This document shows positions 1 to 9,290 of a DNA stretch of 64,000 nt, piece after piece (position 1 is the stretch's first letter; every line of letters begins with the position of its first letter). The DNA comes from Mustelus asterias (Eukaryota). The notes below the pieces were generated by a model. That model was given only the letters and a program-made list of their open reading frames with translations, ran no database searches and was not told the origin of the DNA. Position numbers and translations under genes: made by a program. The DNA lies in contig NW_027590121.1 in the NCBI RefSeq assembly GCF_964213995.1, forward strand, positions 2,480,001-2,544,000, written 5' to 3'.

Positions 1-530
1 TGTGTAACTGGTTAAAGCTCTTTCCACACTCAGTGCACTGGAACACTCTCACTCAGGTGTGTCTGTGTCTTGGTGTATTTCCAGTCACATTTATGTTATA
101 AAAAATTCTGACGCAGACAGAACATTAAAAGATTTCTCCTTCAAGATTGAAAGGCCAATGATATTCGGGTCCCAATCAATCAAATGTCTGTCAGATGTTG
201 ATGTGACGTTTGATTCGAGATTTCTGTCTGTAAATCCCCACCTTCTGATATCCTGCAAAAGGAGATTACAAAATTCATCAGTGTCAGTACAGGACAGAAA
301 TTCAGAACAGTCAATTCTAGTTTCTATGGAACATTCTTTCCTCTCTCATTCCCCAAACGCAGTAAATCTCCATCCCACACACTCTCCCTCAATTCTCACT
401 CTGCTGTATCTAATATTCACCCTCCCAATTCTCCTGAAGGTGCTGATTGAGGCTGATTGACAGATCCATGCTCACGGCTTCCTGTCCTGGACACAGGGAG
501 CTGAAAATCTCCATGCAGGCTGCCAGACAG
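1..530 (-). other. 5' module (upstream exon, intron, degenerate fingers) of a C2H2 ZNF gene whose finger array lies left of the window
   Basis: Homologous to the 5' modules at 12495-13030, 44030-44480, 47400-47900 and 49630-50200. Confidence 0.75.
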
Positions 531-809
531 ATGTCTATAATACTGGATAAAAGTGTAACATACAGGACATTACTTGAGTAGTGGTAGAGCAGGGATTTGA
601 GGAAGATTTATATTTAGGTAGGGAGAGCACATGATCTAGAACTCGCTGCCTATGAGGATGGTGGAACAGAAGATTCAATCATTTCAAAATGAAATTGGAT
701 GGGTACTTGAAGGAAATAAAACTTGCAGAGGAATGTTGATAGAGAGAAAGAACAGGATTCTACAGAGAATCAATCTGCAGTCCATAAGATGACATGGAGA
801 TGTCGGCGT

Positions 810-946
810 TGGACTGGGGTGGGCACACAACACCAGGTTCATCAGGTGAGTGGCCATTCACCTGATGAAGGAGCAGTGCTCCGAAAGCTCGTGCGATCAA
901 ATAAACCTGTTGGACTTTAACCTGGTATTGTGAGACTTCTTACTGT
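810..946. mobile_element. Penelope-like element terminal (pLTR) fragment
   Basis: Shares aataaacctgttggactttaacctgg with copies at ~45755 and ~58325; contains a CTGATGA...GAAA core. Confidence 0.7.
857..895 (+). ncRNA. Minimal type-I hammerhead ribozyme motif
   Basis: cac-CTGATGA-a-GGAGC-agt-GCTCC-GAAA-GCTC-gtg: intact core, 5-bp stem II, palindromic AGCT in place of stem III, cac/gtg stem I. Confidence 0.6.
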
Positions 947-1015
947 TTATAAGATGTACAGGTTAGGTTGATTGGCCATGCTCAATTGCCACTTAGTGTC
1001 CCAGGATGTGTGGGT

Positions 1016-1210
1016 TGGGGGGGCAATGCTCGGGGGGGGGGCAATGCTCGGGGGGGGGCAATGCCCGGGGGGGGCAAAGCCCGGGGGGGGCAAAGCCCGG
1101 GGGGGGGGGGCAAAGCCCGGGGGGGGGCAAAGCCCGGGGGGGGGGGCAAAGCCCGGGGGGGGGGGGGGGAAGCCCAGGGGGGGGGGCAAAGCCCAGGGGG
1201 GGGGGGGGGA
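1016..1210 (+). repeat. G-rich minisatellite (G7-12 CAAAGCCC / CAATGCTC units)
   Basis: About 10 visible units separated by long G runs. Confidence 0.9.
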
Positions 1211-1218
1211 GGGACAGA

Positions 1219-2308
1219 GAGATAGTAAAAGTTTTTACAAATATATAAAAAGGAAAAGAGTAGCTAAAGTAAATGTTGGACCCTTAGTAGATGAGAAGGG
1301 GGATTTAATAATGGGAAACGAGGAAATGGCTGAGGCCTTAAACAAGTTTTTTGTATCAGTCTTCACGGTAGAGGACACAAATAGCTTACCGAAAATTGAC
1401 GGTCATGGGACTGTAGGGGATGAGGTCCTTAAAATGATTACTATTACTAAAGAGGTAGTGCTTGGGAGGCTAATGGGACTAAAGGTAGACAAGTCCCCGG
1501 GCCCGGATGGAATGCATCCCAGGGGACTGAAAGAAATGGCAGAAGTAATAGAGGATGCGTTGGTTGTAATTTATCAAAATACGCTGGACTCTGGGGAAGT
1601 GCCGGCTGATTGGAAAACAGCTAATGTGACGCCACTGTTTAAAAAAGGAGGTAGACAAAAGGCGGGTAACTACAGGCCGGTTAGCTTAACGTCCGTAGTT
1701 GGGAAATTGCTGGAATTCATCATTAAGGAAGAAATAGCAGGACACCTGGAAAAAAATGGTTTGATCAAGCAGACGCAGCATGGATTCATGAAGGGAAAGT
1801 CGTGTTTGACAAATTTACTGGATTTTTATGTTGATGTAACGAGTGCGGTTGACAGAGGGGAACCAGTGGATGTGGTGTTTTTGGATTTCCAGAAGGCGTT
1901 CGATAAGGTGCCTCACAAAAGGTTGCTGCAGAAAATCAGGGTGCACGGAGTTAGGGGTAAAGTGTTAGCGTGGATTGGGGATTGGCTATCTAACAGGAAG
2001 CAGAGAGTTGGAATAAATGGGTGCTTTTCTGGTTGGCAGTTGGTGACTAGTGGCGTGCCACAGGGATTGGTGCTGGGGCCTCAAGTATTTACCATATGCA
2101 TAGACGATCTGGAGGAGGGGACCGAGTGTTGGGTAACAAAGTTTGCGGATGACACAAAGATGAGTGGGAAAGTGAATTGCGTGGAGGATGCGGTAAGTCT
2201 GCAGAGAGATTTGGATAGGCTAAGTGAGTGGGCGAGGATCTGGCAGATGGAGTATAGCGTTGGTAAGTGTGAGCTTATCCACTTTGGAAGGAATAATAGT
2301 AAAATGGA
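1219..2308 (+). mobile_element. CR1-clade LINE ORF2 fragment (reverse transcriptase), truncated at both ends
   Basis: KSPGPDG, NYRPVSLTS, QHGF..GKSCLTNL, LDFQKAFDKV, GVPQG and KFADDTK motifs. Confidence 0.95.
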
Positions 2309-2317
2309 AGCTGCAAT

Positions 2318-2332
2318 GCTGCCCCCTGTTGT
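2318..2332 (-). promoter_or_regulatory. CTCF-like site downstream of the V RSS
   Basis: ACAACAGGGGGCAGC versus consensus CCASYAGRKGGCRS (2 mismatches). Confidence 0.35.
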
Positions 2333-2507
2333 TCACTTCTCCCAGTCTCAGCATTGCAGAGTGTTTAAACAAGAATGGCACATTCAGCACCATGGAATGA
2401 GAACATTCGGACTAACTCTTCGTTATACAATTGTTCTGTTTGTATTAACAGTTCACAATCCAGGTCACAGATCTGATTCAGTGAGAGGAGGTGAGAGTGC
2501 CTTTGCA

Positions 2508-2546
2508 GGTTTTTGTACGGGCTCACTGCGCCTCTGTAGCAGTGTG
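2508..2546 (-). other. Recombination signal sequence, 23-bp spacer
   Basis: CACACTG + 23 nt (ctacagaggcgcagtgagcccgt) + perfect nonamer ACAAAAACC, directly after YHCALSP. Confidence 0.95.
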
Positions 2547-2853
2547 GGGCTCAGCGCACAGTGATACACGGCAGAGTCAGAGACATGGACCCCAGTGATA
2601 TTTAAAGGAACTGTTTTCTTGTCCTTGTCCAAATCAGCAGAAAACCGGTCAGGGAAATCTGGAGACTTTTCTCCGCCCCCCGTGCTATATTTCTGCAGTA
2701 AATATCTCGGAGCTTCCCCGGGATACTGGATGTACCAGAAGAGATTTGGAAAAGCATCCGTTGTTGTGTAATTACAATTCACTATTACGTTCAATCCTTC
2801 CTGAACCGTTAATTCAGCCGGGTCCTGGGAAACTGAATCTTGGCCATTGATTC
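2547..2853 (-). CDS. TRAV: T-cell receptor alpha/delta-type variable exon
   Basis: ttgcag acceptor; open frame QDSVSQ..VNCNY..LFWYIQYPGEAPRY..DRFSA..LNIT..DSAVYHCALSP with canonical Cys/Trp/Cys; followed by a 23-RSS. Confidence 0.9.
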
Positions 2854-2938
2854 CTGCAACAAAATGTAGAATGTGTGAGAAATCTGTGAACAAATATAAC
2901 CCATGAAACACACACTGAGGATCTGAGCTCAGACTCAC

Positions 2939-2984
2939 CGGGCAGCGTGGTCATTGTTATCAGTAAAGCACACAGGAGATACGT
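2939..2984 (-). CDS. TRAV: Leader exon of the TCR V gene (initiator position reads ACG)
   Basis: 46-nt phase-1 exon (T/M)YLLCALLITMTTLP-G ending at a GTGAGT donor; ggaaccACG at the expected ATG position. Confidence 0.8.
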
Positions 2985-3042
2985 GGTTCCTGATTGGACA
3001 GTAAGCAGCGACAATGTTTACAATAAGTTGCTGCCTCTAGTC

Positions 3043-3145
3043 TTATATCACAGAATGAACTCAGATCAGAGGCAGCTTCAAGTATTCAGAAACAGGGAGG
3101 CGTTTCTCAGTGCTGCGATTGGCTCATCTCCCTGAGCTGACGTCA
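3043..3145 (-). promoter_or_regulatory. V-gene promoter: TATA-like, CCAAT and CRE palindrome
   Basis: TATAAG ~3042-3047, CCAAT 3118-3122 (minus strand), TGACGTCA 3138-3145; CRE sites are typical of TCR V promoters. Confidence 0.6.
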
Positions 3146-3150
3146 GCTGC

Positions 3151-3474
3151 GAATCATAAAATCCCTGCAGTGCAGAAGGAGGCCATTCGCCCCATCGAGT
3201 CTATACCGGTCACAATACCACCCAGGCTCCACTCCCGCAACTCCATGTATTTACCCTGCGTATCCCCTGACGCTCGGGTCAATTTAGCATGGCCAATCAA
3301 CCTAACCTGCACATCTTTGGACTGTGGGAGGAAACAGGAGAACCCGAAGGGGACCCACGTAGACACTGGGAGAACATGCAAACTCAGACAGAAAGTGATC
3401 CGAAGCCGGAATTGAACCCGGGTCCCTGACACTGTGAGACAGCAGCGCTGACCATTGTGGCATCATGCCGCCCC
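3151..3474 (-). mobile_element. HE1-like tRNA-derived SINE
   Basis: A/B-box head, conserved body, CR1-like 3' tail. Confidence 0.85.
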
Positions 3475-3700
3475 GTAACCAGTGAACCAATCACTGTTAG
3501 TTAATGATTTAATATAGCTGGCACTTTCCAATCACATTCCTTCCCTGGCCGTAAACTTATTTCTAAAGTCTTTGCTCTCTCTCTGCTCTCTCCCACATCA
3601 TCACTTATTCTGTCTCATTAACTGGTTAACTCGCTTTCCTCAGAACTCAGTCCATCAATCTTTCTTAAGGCAGATCCTTTTTTCTAATTTAATCATTTAT

Positions 3701-4004
3701 GGGTGACACGGTGGCGCAGTGGTTCGCATTGTTGCCTCACAGCCCCAGGGACACGGGTTCGATTCCAGCCTCGGGTCACTGTCTCTGTGGAGTTTGCACT
3801 TTCTCACCGTGTCTGCGTGGGTTTCCTCAGGTGCTCCAGTTTCCCTCCACATTCCTAAACTGTGCAGGTTTGCTGGATTGGCCACGCAAAATTACCCTAA
3901 GTGTCAGGGGATAGCAGGGTAAATATGTGGGTTACGGGGATAGGGCCTGGGTGGGATTGTTGTCGGGACAGGCTCCATCCTGCATTGTCGGGATTCAATG
4001 ATTC
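3701..4004 (+). mobile_element. HE1-like SINE
   Basis: GGTGGCGCAGTGG A-box and GGTTCGATTCC B-box; body shared with other copies. Confidence 0.85.
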
Positions 4005-4124
4005 AGCAGCCTAACGTACAGGGATTAATGAGTAGCATCCAGGACTCAACATAATTAATAGTTAGTGCTGTAAGTATACCGGGGATAAGTAGTCACTCAA
4101 CTCTGCACCAGGAAATATTTCACG

Positions 4125-4580
4125 GACTCATAACATAGAAACTAGAAGCAGGAGCCTTCTCCGCCATTCATCGTAATCATAGCTGATCATGGAATTCAAT
4201 ATCCTGATCCTCCTTCCCCCTCGACCCCTTTAGCCCCAAGAGCTATATCAAATTTCTTCTTGAAATCAGACAACGTTTTGGCCTCAACTACATTCGGTGG
4301 TATTGAATTCCATACATTCAACACTCTCTGGATGAAGGAATTTCCCTTCACCTCAGTTTTTCCCTTATCTTCAAAAGATGACCCATGGTTCTGGATTCCA
4401 CCATTGGGAACAGTCTTCTGGATCTACCCTGTCGAACCCTGTTAGAATTTTATAAGTTTCTATGAGACCCCCTCTCACTATTCGAAACCGCAGTGAATAT
4501 AATCCTAACGGATTTAATCTCTCCTCATATGACAGAGCTGCCATCCCAGGAATCAGCATAGTAAATCTTCACTGTACCCC
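4125..4580 (-). mobile_element. Old CR1 3' end fragment
   Basis: LSYEERL..LGLYSL..RGGLIETYKIL motif. Confidence 0.8.
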
Positions 4581-4689
4581 TCTATTCCCCAAATAGAAAA
4601 GCTCTGATTTCAATCAGTTATTATTTCTGCTCCACGGACTTGAAAATGGAACAATTCTGAAGCTGCATTTGATAATAGATCACTTTTAA

Positions 4690-4918
4690 AATGTGTCGCC
4701 GGGCAGATAGGCACCGAATCCAGAATTTTTCTAAGTACAGATTAAGGAAGTTATTCACCCGGGGTAATCTGCAGATTTTGTGCGGATGGGATCGGAGAAT
4801 GGTTGGATTTGATCCGGGAATAATAGGATGGCAAATGTGACATTTCACAACACTGACAATGGCTGAGCTCAGTGGGGGAATATTATTCAGCTGGGGCTGT
4901 ATTGTGGCCTTCATTTCC
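4690..4918 (-). pseudogene. Possible decayed TCR V relic
   Basis: Patches resemble the intact V (AAATCTGCAGATTACCCC, KSADYP, versus KSPDFP; Y.PG..P; DS..YLC-like end), with frameshifts. Confidence 0.3.
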
Positions 4919-5658
4919 TGCGCATTTTCGTTGAGATCCGACTCTTTTTCTCTGACCCTGAAACGTCTGCGTCACTTTTTGTATGAGGCCCGCGGGAGCC
5001 TCATTCACTGTGGGTCTCAGTGGGAATCAAATTGTTGTCTAATTGTCCCAGCAGATAACAGGTTCCTTTGAACTCTCCAGCTGCTACTTTAATGCAGACT
5101 TTAACCAATTTATTTTGAGCTGGTTTCTGTTCAATAAACTGGCACTGACACACAAACACATTAAAATATTTTAGACTTTTCTGCATTTTCAGTCTGGAAA
5201 TCTAATCCTGCCATTTCACTCTCAGTCAGGAACAGATCCCAGTTTTGCACCAATCTCTGATTTAGCAGCATGCTTCCAGCATTCACTGTTGTTCTTCCTG
5301 ACTCTAAACACAGTTGTAAAGGAACTTCTGTTCCTGGTCTAGGAGCGCTGAAACATAGAAGGGAGTGACTGAGATTCTTGCACATCTCAGGATTAAACCA
5401 CACGGGTACTTTGCTGTCGTGAAGAGAGACGAGGAAGAGCAAAGTGCTGTTTGTCCCTCTGTGACCCTGAAGGACTGCGTCCTGTTTGCCATATGATCCA
5501 CCCCCGATTGTCTTTTCTGAGCTCCAGCCTGGTGATGTTAAACAGTCAGGTGGGAAAGACAAAAATCTACAACAATTTTAAAAAACAAAGCTGGTCTATT
5601 TCATATTTATTCAGAATATTAAACCTCAACGGATGAAGACTGTCAGAGTGAACACGAT

Positions 5659-6639
5659 TCAGTCCTGGATATGATTAACAGCATCATTAAGAGTAGAATC
5701 CAAACCTTGCAGTCGTTTGTGAACTCGCTGGTGTGTTAGCAGGTGGGATGACTGAATAAATCCCTTTCCACAGACATTACAGGTGAACGGCCTCTCCCCA
5801 GTGTGAACTCGCTGGTGTTTCAGAAGATAAGATAAATGAGAAAATCCCTTCCCACAGACAGAGCAGGTAAGTGGCCTCTCCGCACTGTGAACTTTCTGGT
5901 GTGTCAGCAGGTTGGATGACTGACTGAATCCCTTCCCACACACAGAGCAGGTGAACGGCCTCTCCCCAGTGTGAACTCGCTGGTGATTCAATAAGTTGGA
6001 TGAACGAGTGAATCCCTTCCCACAGTCTGAGCAGGTGAAGGGCCTCTCCCCAGTGTGAATTCTCTGGTGGTTCAATAGGGCAGATGGACGGCTGAATCCC
6101 TTCCCACACACACAGCAGGTGAATGGCCTCTCCCCAGTGTGAGCATATTGGTGCGTTAGCAGATCCTTTTTATTTTTAAAGCTCTTCGCACAGTGGGAAC
6201 AATTAAAAAGTTTGTTATCAGAGTGAACAAGTTGATGTGTCTGCAAGTGGGATGACTGAATGAATCCTTTCCCACACACAGAGCAGGTGAACGGTCTCTC
6301 CCCAGTGTGAATTCGTTGGTGTGTCAGCAGATCCTTTTTGCATTTAAAACTCTTCTCACAGTCAGAACATGTAAACATTCTCTCATCAGTGTGAACAAGT
6401 TGGTGTGTCACAATGTGGGATGAGCGAGTGAATCCCTTCCCACACACAGGGCAGGTGAACGGCCTCTCCCCAGTGTGAACCCGTTGGTGAGTCAGAAGGT
6501 TGTATGAATGGGTGAATCCCTTCCCACAGACGGAGCAGGTGAACGGTCTCTCCCCAGTGTGACTGCGCCGATGAACTTCCAGTTGTGATGGGAAACCGAA
6601 TCCCTTCCCACAATCCACACATTTCCACGGTTTCTCCAT
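5659..6639 (-). CDS. C2H2 zinc finger protein, 11 fingers, no KRAB
   Basis: gcaccATGG start; 11 CxxC-x12-HxxxH units, most with TGERPF-type linkers. Confidence 0.9.
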   Translation of the reverse strand: MEKPWKCVDCGKGFGFPSQLEVHRRSHTGERPFTCSVCGKGFTHSYNLLTHQRVHTGERPFTCPVCGKGFTRSSHIVTHQLVHTDERMFTCSDCEKSFKCKKDLLTHQRIHTGERPFTCSVCGKGFIQSSHLQTHQLVHSDNKLFNCSHCAKSFKNKKDLLTHQYAHTGERPFTCCVCGKGFSRPSALLNHQRIHTGERPFTCSDCGKGFTRSSNLLNHQRVHTGERPFTCSVCGKGFSQSSNLLTHQKVHSAERPLTCSVCGKGFSHLSYLLKHQRVHTGERPFTCNVCGKGFIQSSHLLTHQRVHKRLQGLDSTLNDAVNHIQD

Positions 6640-7449
6640 GGTGCGGGTGTCCTTGTGTTTCTCCAGGTTGGATGATCAGTTCAAGCCTCATCCACACACA
6701 CAACATACACGTAGTTTCACCCTGCTGTGAACTGTGATGTTTTTTCAGGCTGTGTAACTGGTTAAAGCTCTTTCCACATTCAGTTCACTGGAACACTCTC
6801 ACTCGGGTGTGTGTTTGTCTCGATGCTTTTCCAGTCACAGTGATGTTTAATTTCTTTGCCCACAGGCAGAACAGACAAATATTTCTCTTTCTATATTCAA
6901 AGACCAATGATATTCAGCTCCGAAGGAACTGAATGACTTTGTCAGATGTGATGTCCGGTTTGAATTTTCTGTCTGCCAATCTTTCACTTCCAATATCCTG
7001 TAAAAACAGTTTAGAAAAGTCATCACTGTCAGAACACGATACAAACTCTGAACAGACAATTCTAGTTCGTCTGGAACATTTTTTCCTCTCTTGTTCCCCC
7101 AAATCTGTAAATCTCCGTCCCACACACTCTCCCTCTTCCCTGGGCTGAAATCCAAACCCATCTCTACCATTTCTTTCCTCCACTCCCAGTTTTCTCCCTC
7201 CCTCTCCTCTGTCTGGGTTCAGTTCTCCAGCTCCTGTCTGCAGACTGACAATAAAACCAATGGGTCTTATTGGGGATGTTGGGGCCTCCAGCGGGTGTTT
7301 GTGAATCCTTCCCGCCCAACTCCCAGGGTTTCCTTCCTTCCCAGAGATCAGAGTCCTCATTGATTTGAGGCCAAAGTGTAACCTCTTATTTATTGTCCCC
7401 CTCCCCCATCCTCTGATGTGAACCATCCTCCAGTGGCTGAGCCAGGATG

Positions 7450-7887
7450 GGGCCGTTAACCTGGGCCTGTTCCCGGGAGGGAGGGAGGGAGAAGCCCCGC
7501 AGCTGCAAACCAGGGAGCTGACAATGATTCTGAAGGGTTTGCGGATCCACAAAGTGTTTCCAAATCCTCGCAGCCACCGCCTAACGCTGACTCCGCTTCT
7601 CCGGGACAAACAAGCGCCAAGGACAGCAATGACACTGCGCATGCTCCACATCACAATGCCCGGGAGCTGATTGATGCCAGCTCCGGACCAATAGGAAGAG
7701 GGGGCGGGGCTGGAGGACCGAGCGGGAGCGGCTGGTCCTCCAACCAATCGGAGTGAATGAGGGGCGGGACCTGAAGATGCGCAGTGCGGGTAATGGCGGC
7801 GGCGGATGGACGGTTTCAACTTGGAAGCGAGATCAATACAAGGTAGAGGGCGGCGCGCGGGGAATGATAAATGTGGCGGGTGGGTGG
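7450..7887 (-). promoter_or_regulatory. CpG-island promoter/first exon region of the ZNF at 5659-6639
   Basis: CpG-rich, GC boxes (ggggcgggg), CCAAT, TGCGCATG; inverted paralogue of 18161-18600. Confidence 0.65.
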
Positions 7888-8740
7888 CCTTCAAAAAGAA
7901 TACGGCCCGGCCGTCCATCTTAGAGGCCGCGACAATGGCTGAGGGGCCGACAACCCCAGCCATTGCCTTGACACAGGCCTCGATGGACATGTCGGGGTGG
8001 GCGTAGCACTTAACCCCGAGCTGCCGCGTGAGCAACGAAAAAGGTGGCAGGGCCTTGGGAGCGGCGGGGGCTCTGGTAGCTGCCACGCCCGCATAGGTGG
8101 GCCGAGAAGGCTCTGCCACGGCAGGGCGTGTAAGAGGAGGGAAAAATAAGGGAGGGTAGGGTAGGTGGATGGGGATCTAGGTGCTCTCTCCCCGGAGCGA
8201 GAGAGGAGGTCGGAGGAGCAGGAGGGAGGACGAGGGACAAGGCACGGAGGGGGGCCGGTGCCCCAGTCAGGGGGAAAGAGGGGAGGGGGTGCCGGTGTTG
8301 GGGGCGCCGGTGTTGGGGGCAGCAGCAGTGGGTGGGGGACTTTACTCCTCCAGCCCTTTTGGGCGCAAACAGTTCAAGTCCGGGGTGTCTTCACCCCCCC
8401 CCCCCCCAGATGGAAAAAACAGTCTGAATTTACTTCACCCCCCCATCCCTTTCAGGTACCGACCTTCTGATGATGAGGGCACCAGCCCAACCACTCAGTC
8501 CCTCGATGTTGAAACGTGCAGTCCTCCCTCCCATAGATGGAAAGAAAAAAGAAAGAAAGTCACTCCGTGTCCTCTCTCCCTCCAGGGAGAGAGCACCCTC
8601 CAGTGGGCGGACGGACGGAAGACAGGCAGGCAGGCCAGACGGCAGGCAGGCCAGACGACAGGCAGGCAGGCAGGCCGGACAGCAGGCAGGCAGGCAACAG
8701 CTCACCTTCCTCCCCCTTCCCACTTTGATGCTGGAATTAA
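7888..8740 (-). mobile_element. Tx1-clade non-LTR retrotransposon 5' fragment (5'UTR plus ORF1 N-terminus)
   Basis: LTRQLGVKC..SIEACVKAMAGVVGPSAIVAASKMDGRAVFF resembles Xenopus Tx1 ORF1; truncated at ~7888; (GGCA)n tract at 8606-8697. Confidence 0.75.
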
Positions 8741-8748
8741 CAAATTAA

Positions 8749-8821
8749 CATTCCTGCCCGGTTCTGACCCGGGGACCTTTCGCGTGTCAGGCAAACGTGA
8801 CAACCACTTCACTACAGAAAC
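8749..8821 (-). tRNA. tRNA-Val-derived pseudogene (anticodon reads GAC)
   Basis: GTTTCTGTAGTGAAGTGGTTGTCACGTTTGCCTGACACGCGAAAGGTCCCCGGGTCAGAACCGGGCAGGAA; mutated T-loop/B-box. Confidence 0.8.
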
Positions 8822-8909
8822 AACCTCTCTGATGTTGGAGACAGGAGGAAGTTTCAGTCTGTCTGAAGCTCAATCTTCATTCACGCAAAGCCCGCGCTCT
8901 GATCAGCTG

Positions 8910-9290
8910 GAGGACCAGAGTCCTTCCGGTCCTTCAACTCTTCCTATTAATCAACACCTCAGAAGGTCAGGGGGCAGGATCTGCCCTGCAATTCGCAGCT
9001 TCCCCCTCCCTTGGACATGCGCAGTCCCGGGCCGGGGGGAGGGGGAGATCACCGAGCAGCTTCTCGCTCTGGCCGGAGCCGCCAGCCGGTTGCCTGGAAA
9101 CCTTGGCTCGATGTGGTGTAGGGGGAGGGGAACTATGGGTGGGGGCGGGGCTCCCGGGTCCGCGCGCCCGGGCCTGAGCACTGGAACCCAGAGACGTCAC
9201 CGCGGAGCAGAGTGATTCCTATTGGCTGATTCAGGCAGGACTCCATTGTGACATCACAAAGGGGAAGTTGGCCAATGATGATGTAATTTA
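8910..9290 (+). promoter_or_regulatory. ZNF-type CpG promoter block, inverted copy of 48060-48480
   Basis: Direct homology; CRE-like and CCAAT motifs. Confidence 0.6.

Noticed and set aside
972-2564. 530-aa ORF with a Gly-rich N-terminus fused to RT
   Set aside because: Chance read-through across a SINE fragment, the G-rich repeat, a CR1 fragment and the antisense V flank
3701-3775. SINE heads as tRNA genes
   Set aside because: They continue into SINE body and tail and lack a complete cloverleaf
6914-8119. 401-aa ORF as a novel gene
   Set aside because: Only the first ~77 aa are Tx1 ORF1; the rest is GC-rich promoter and intron read-through
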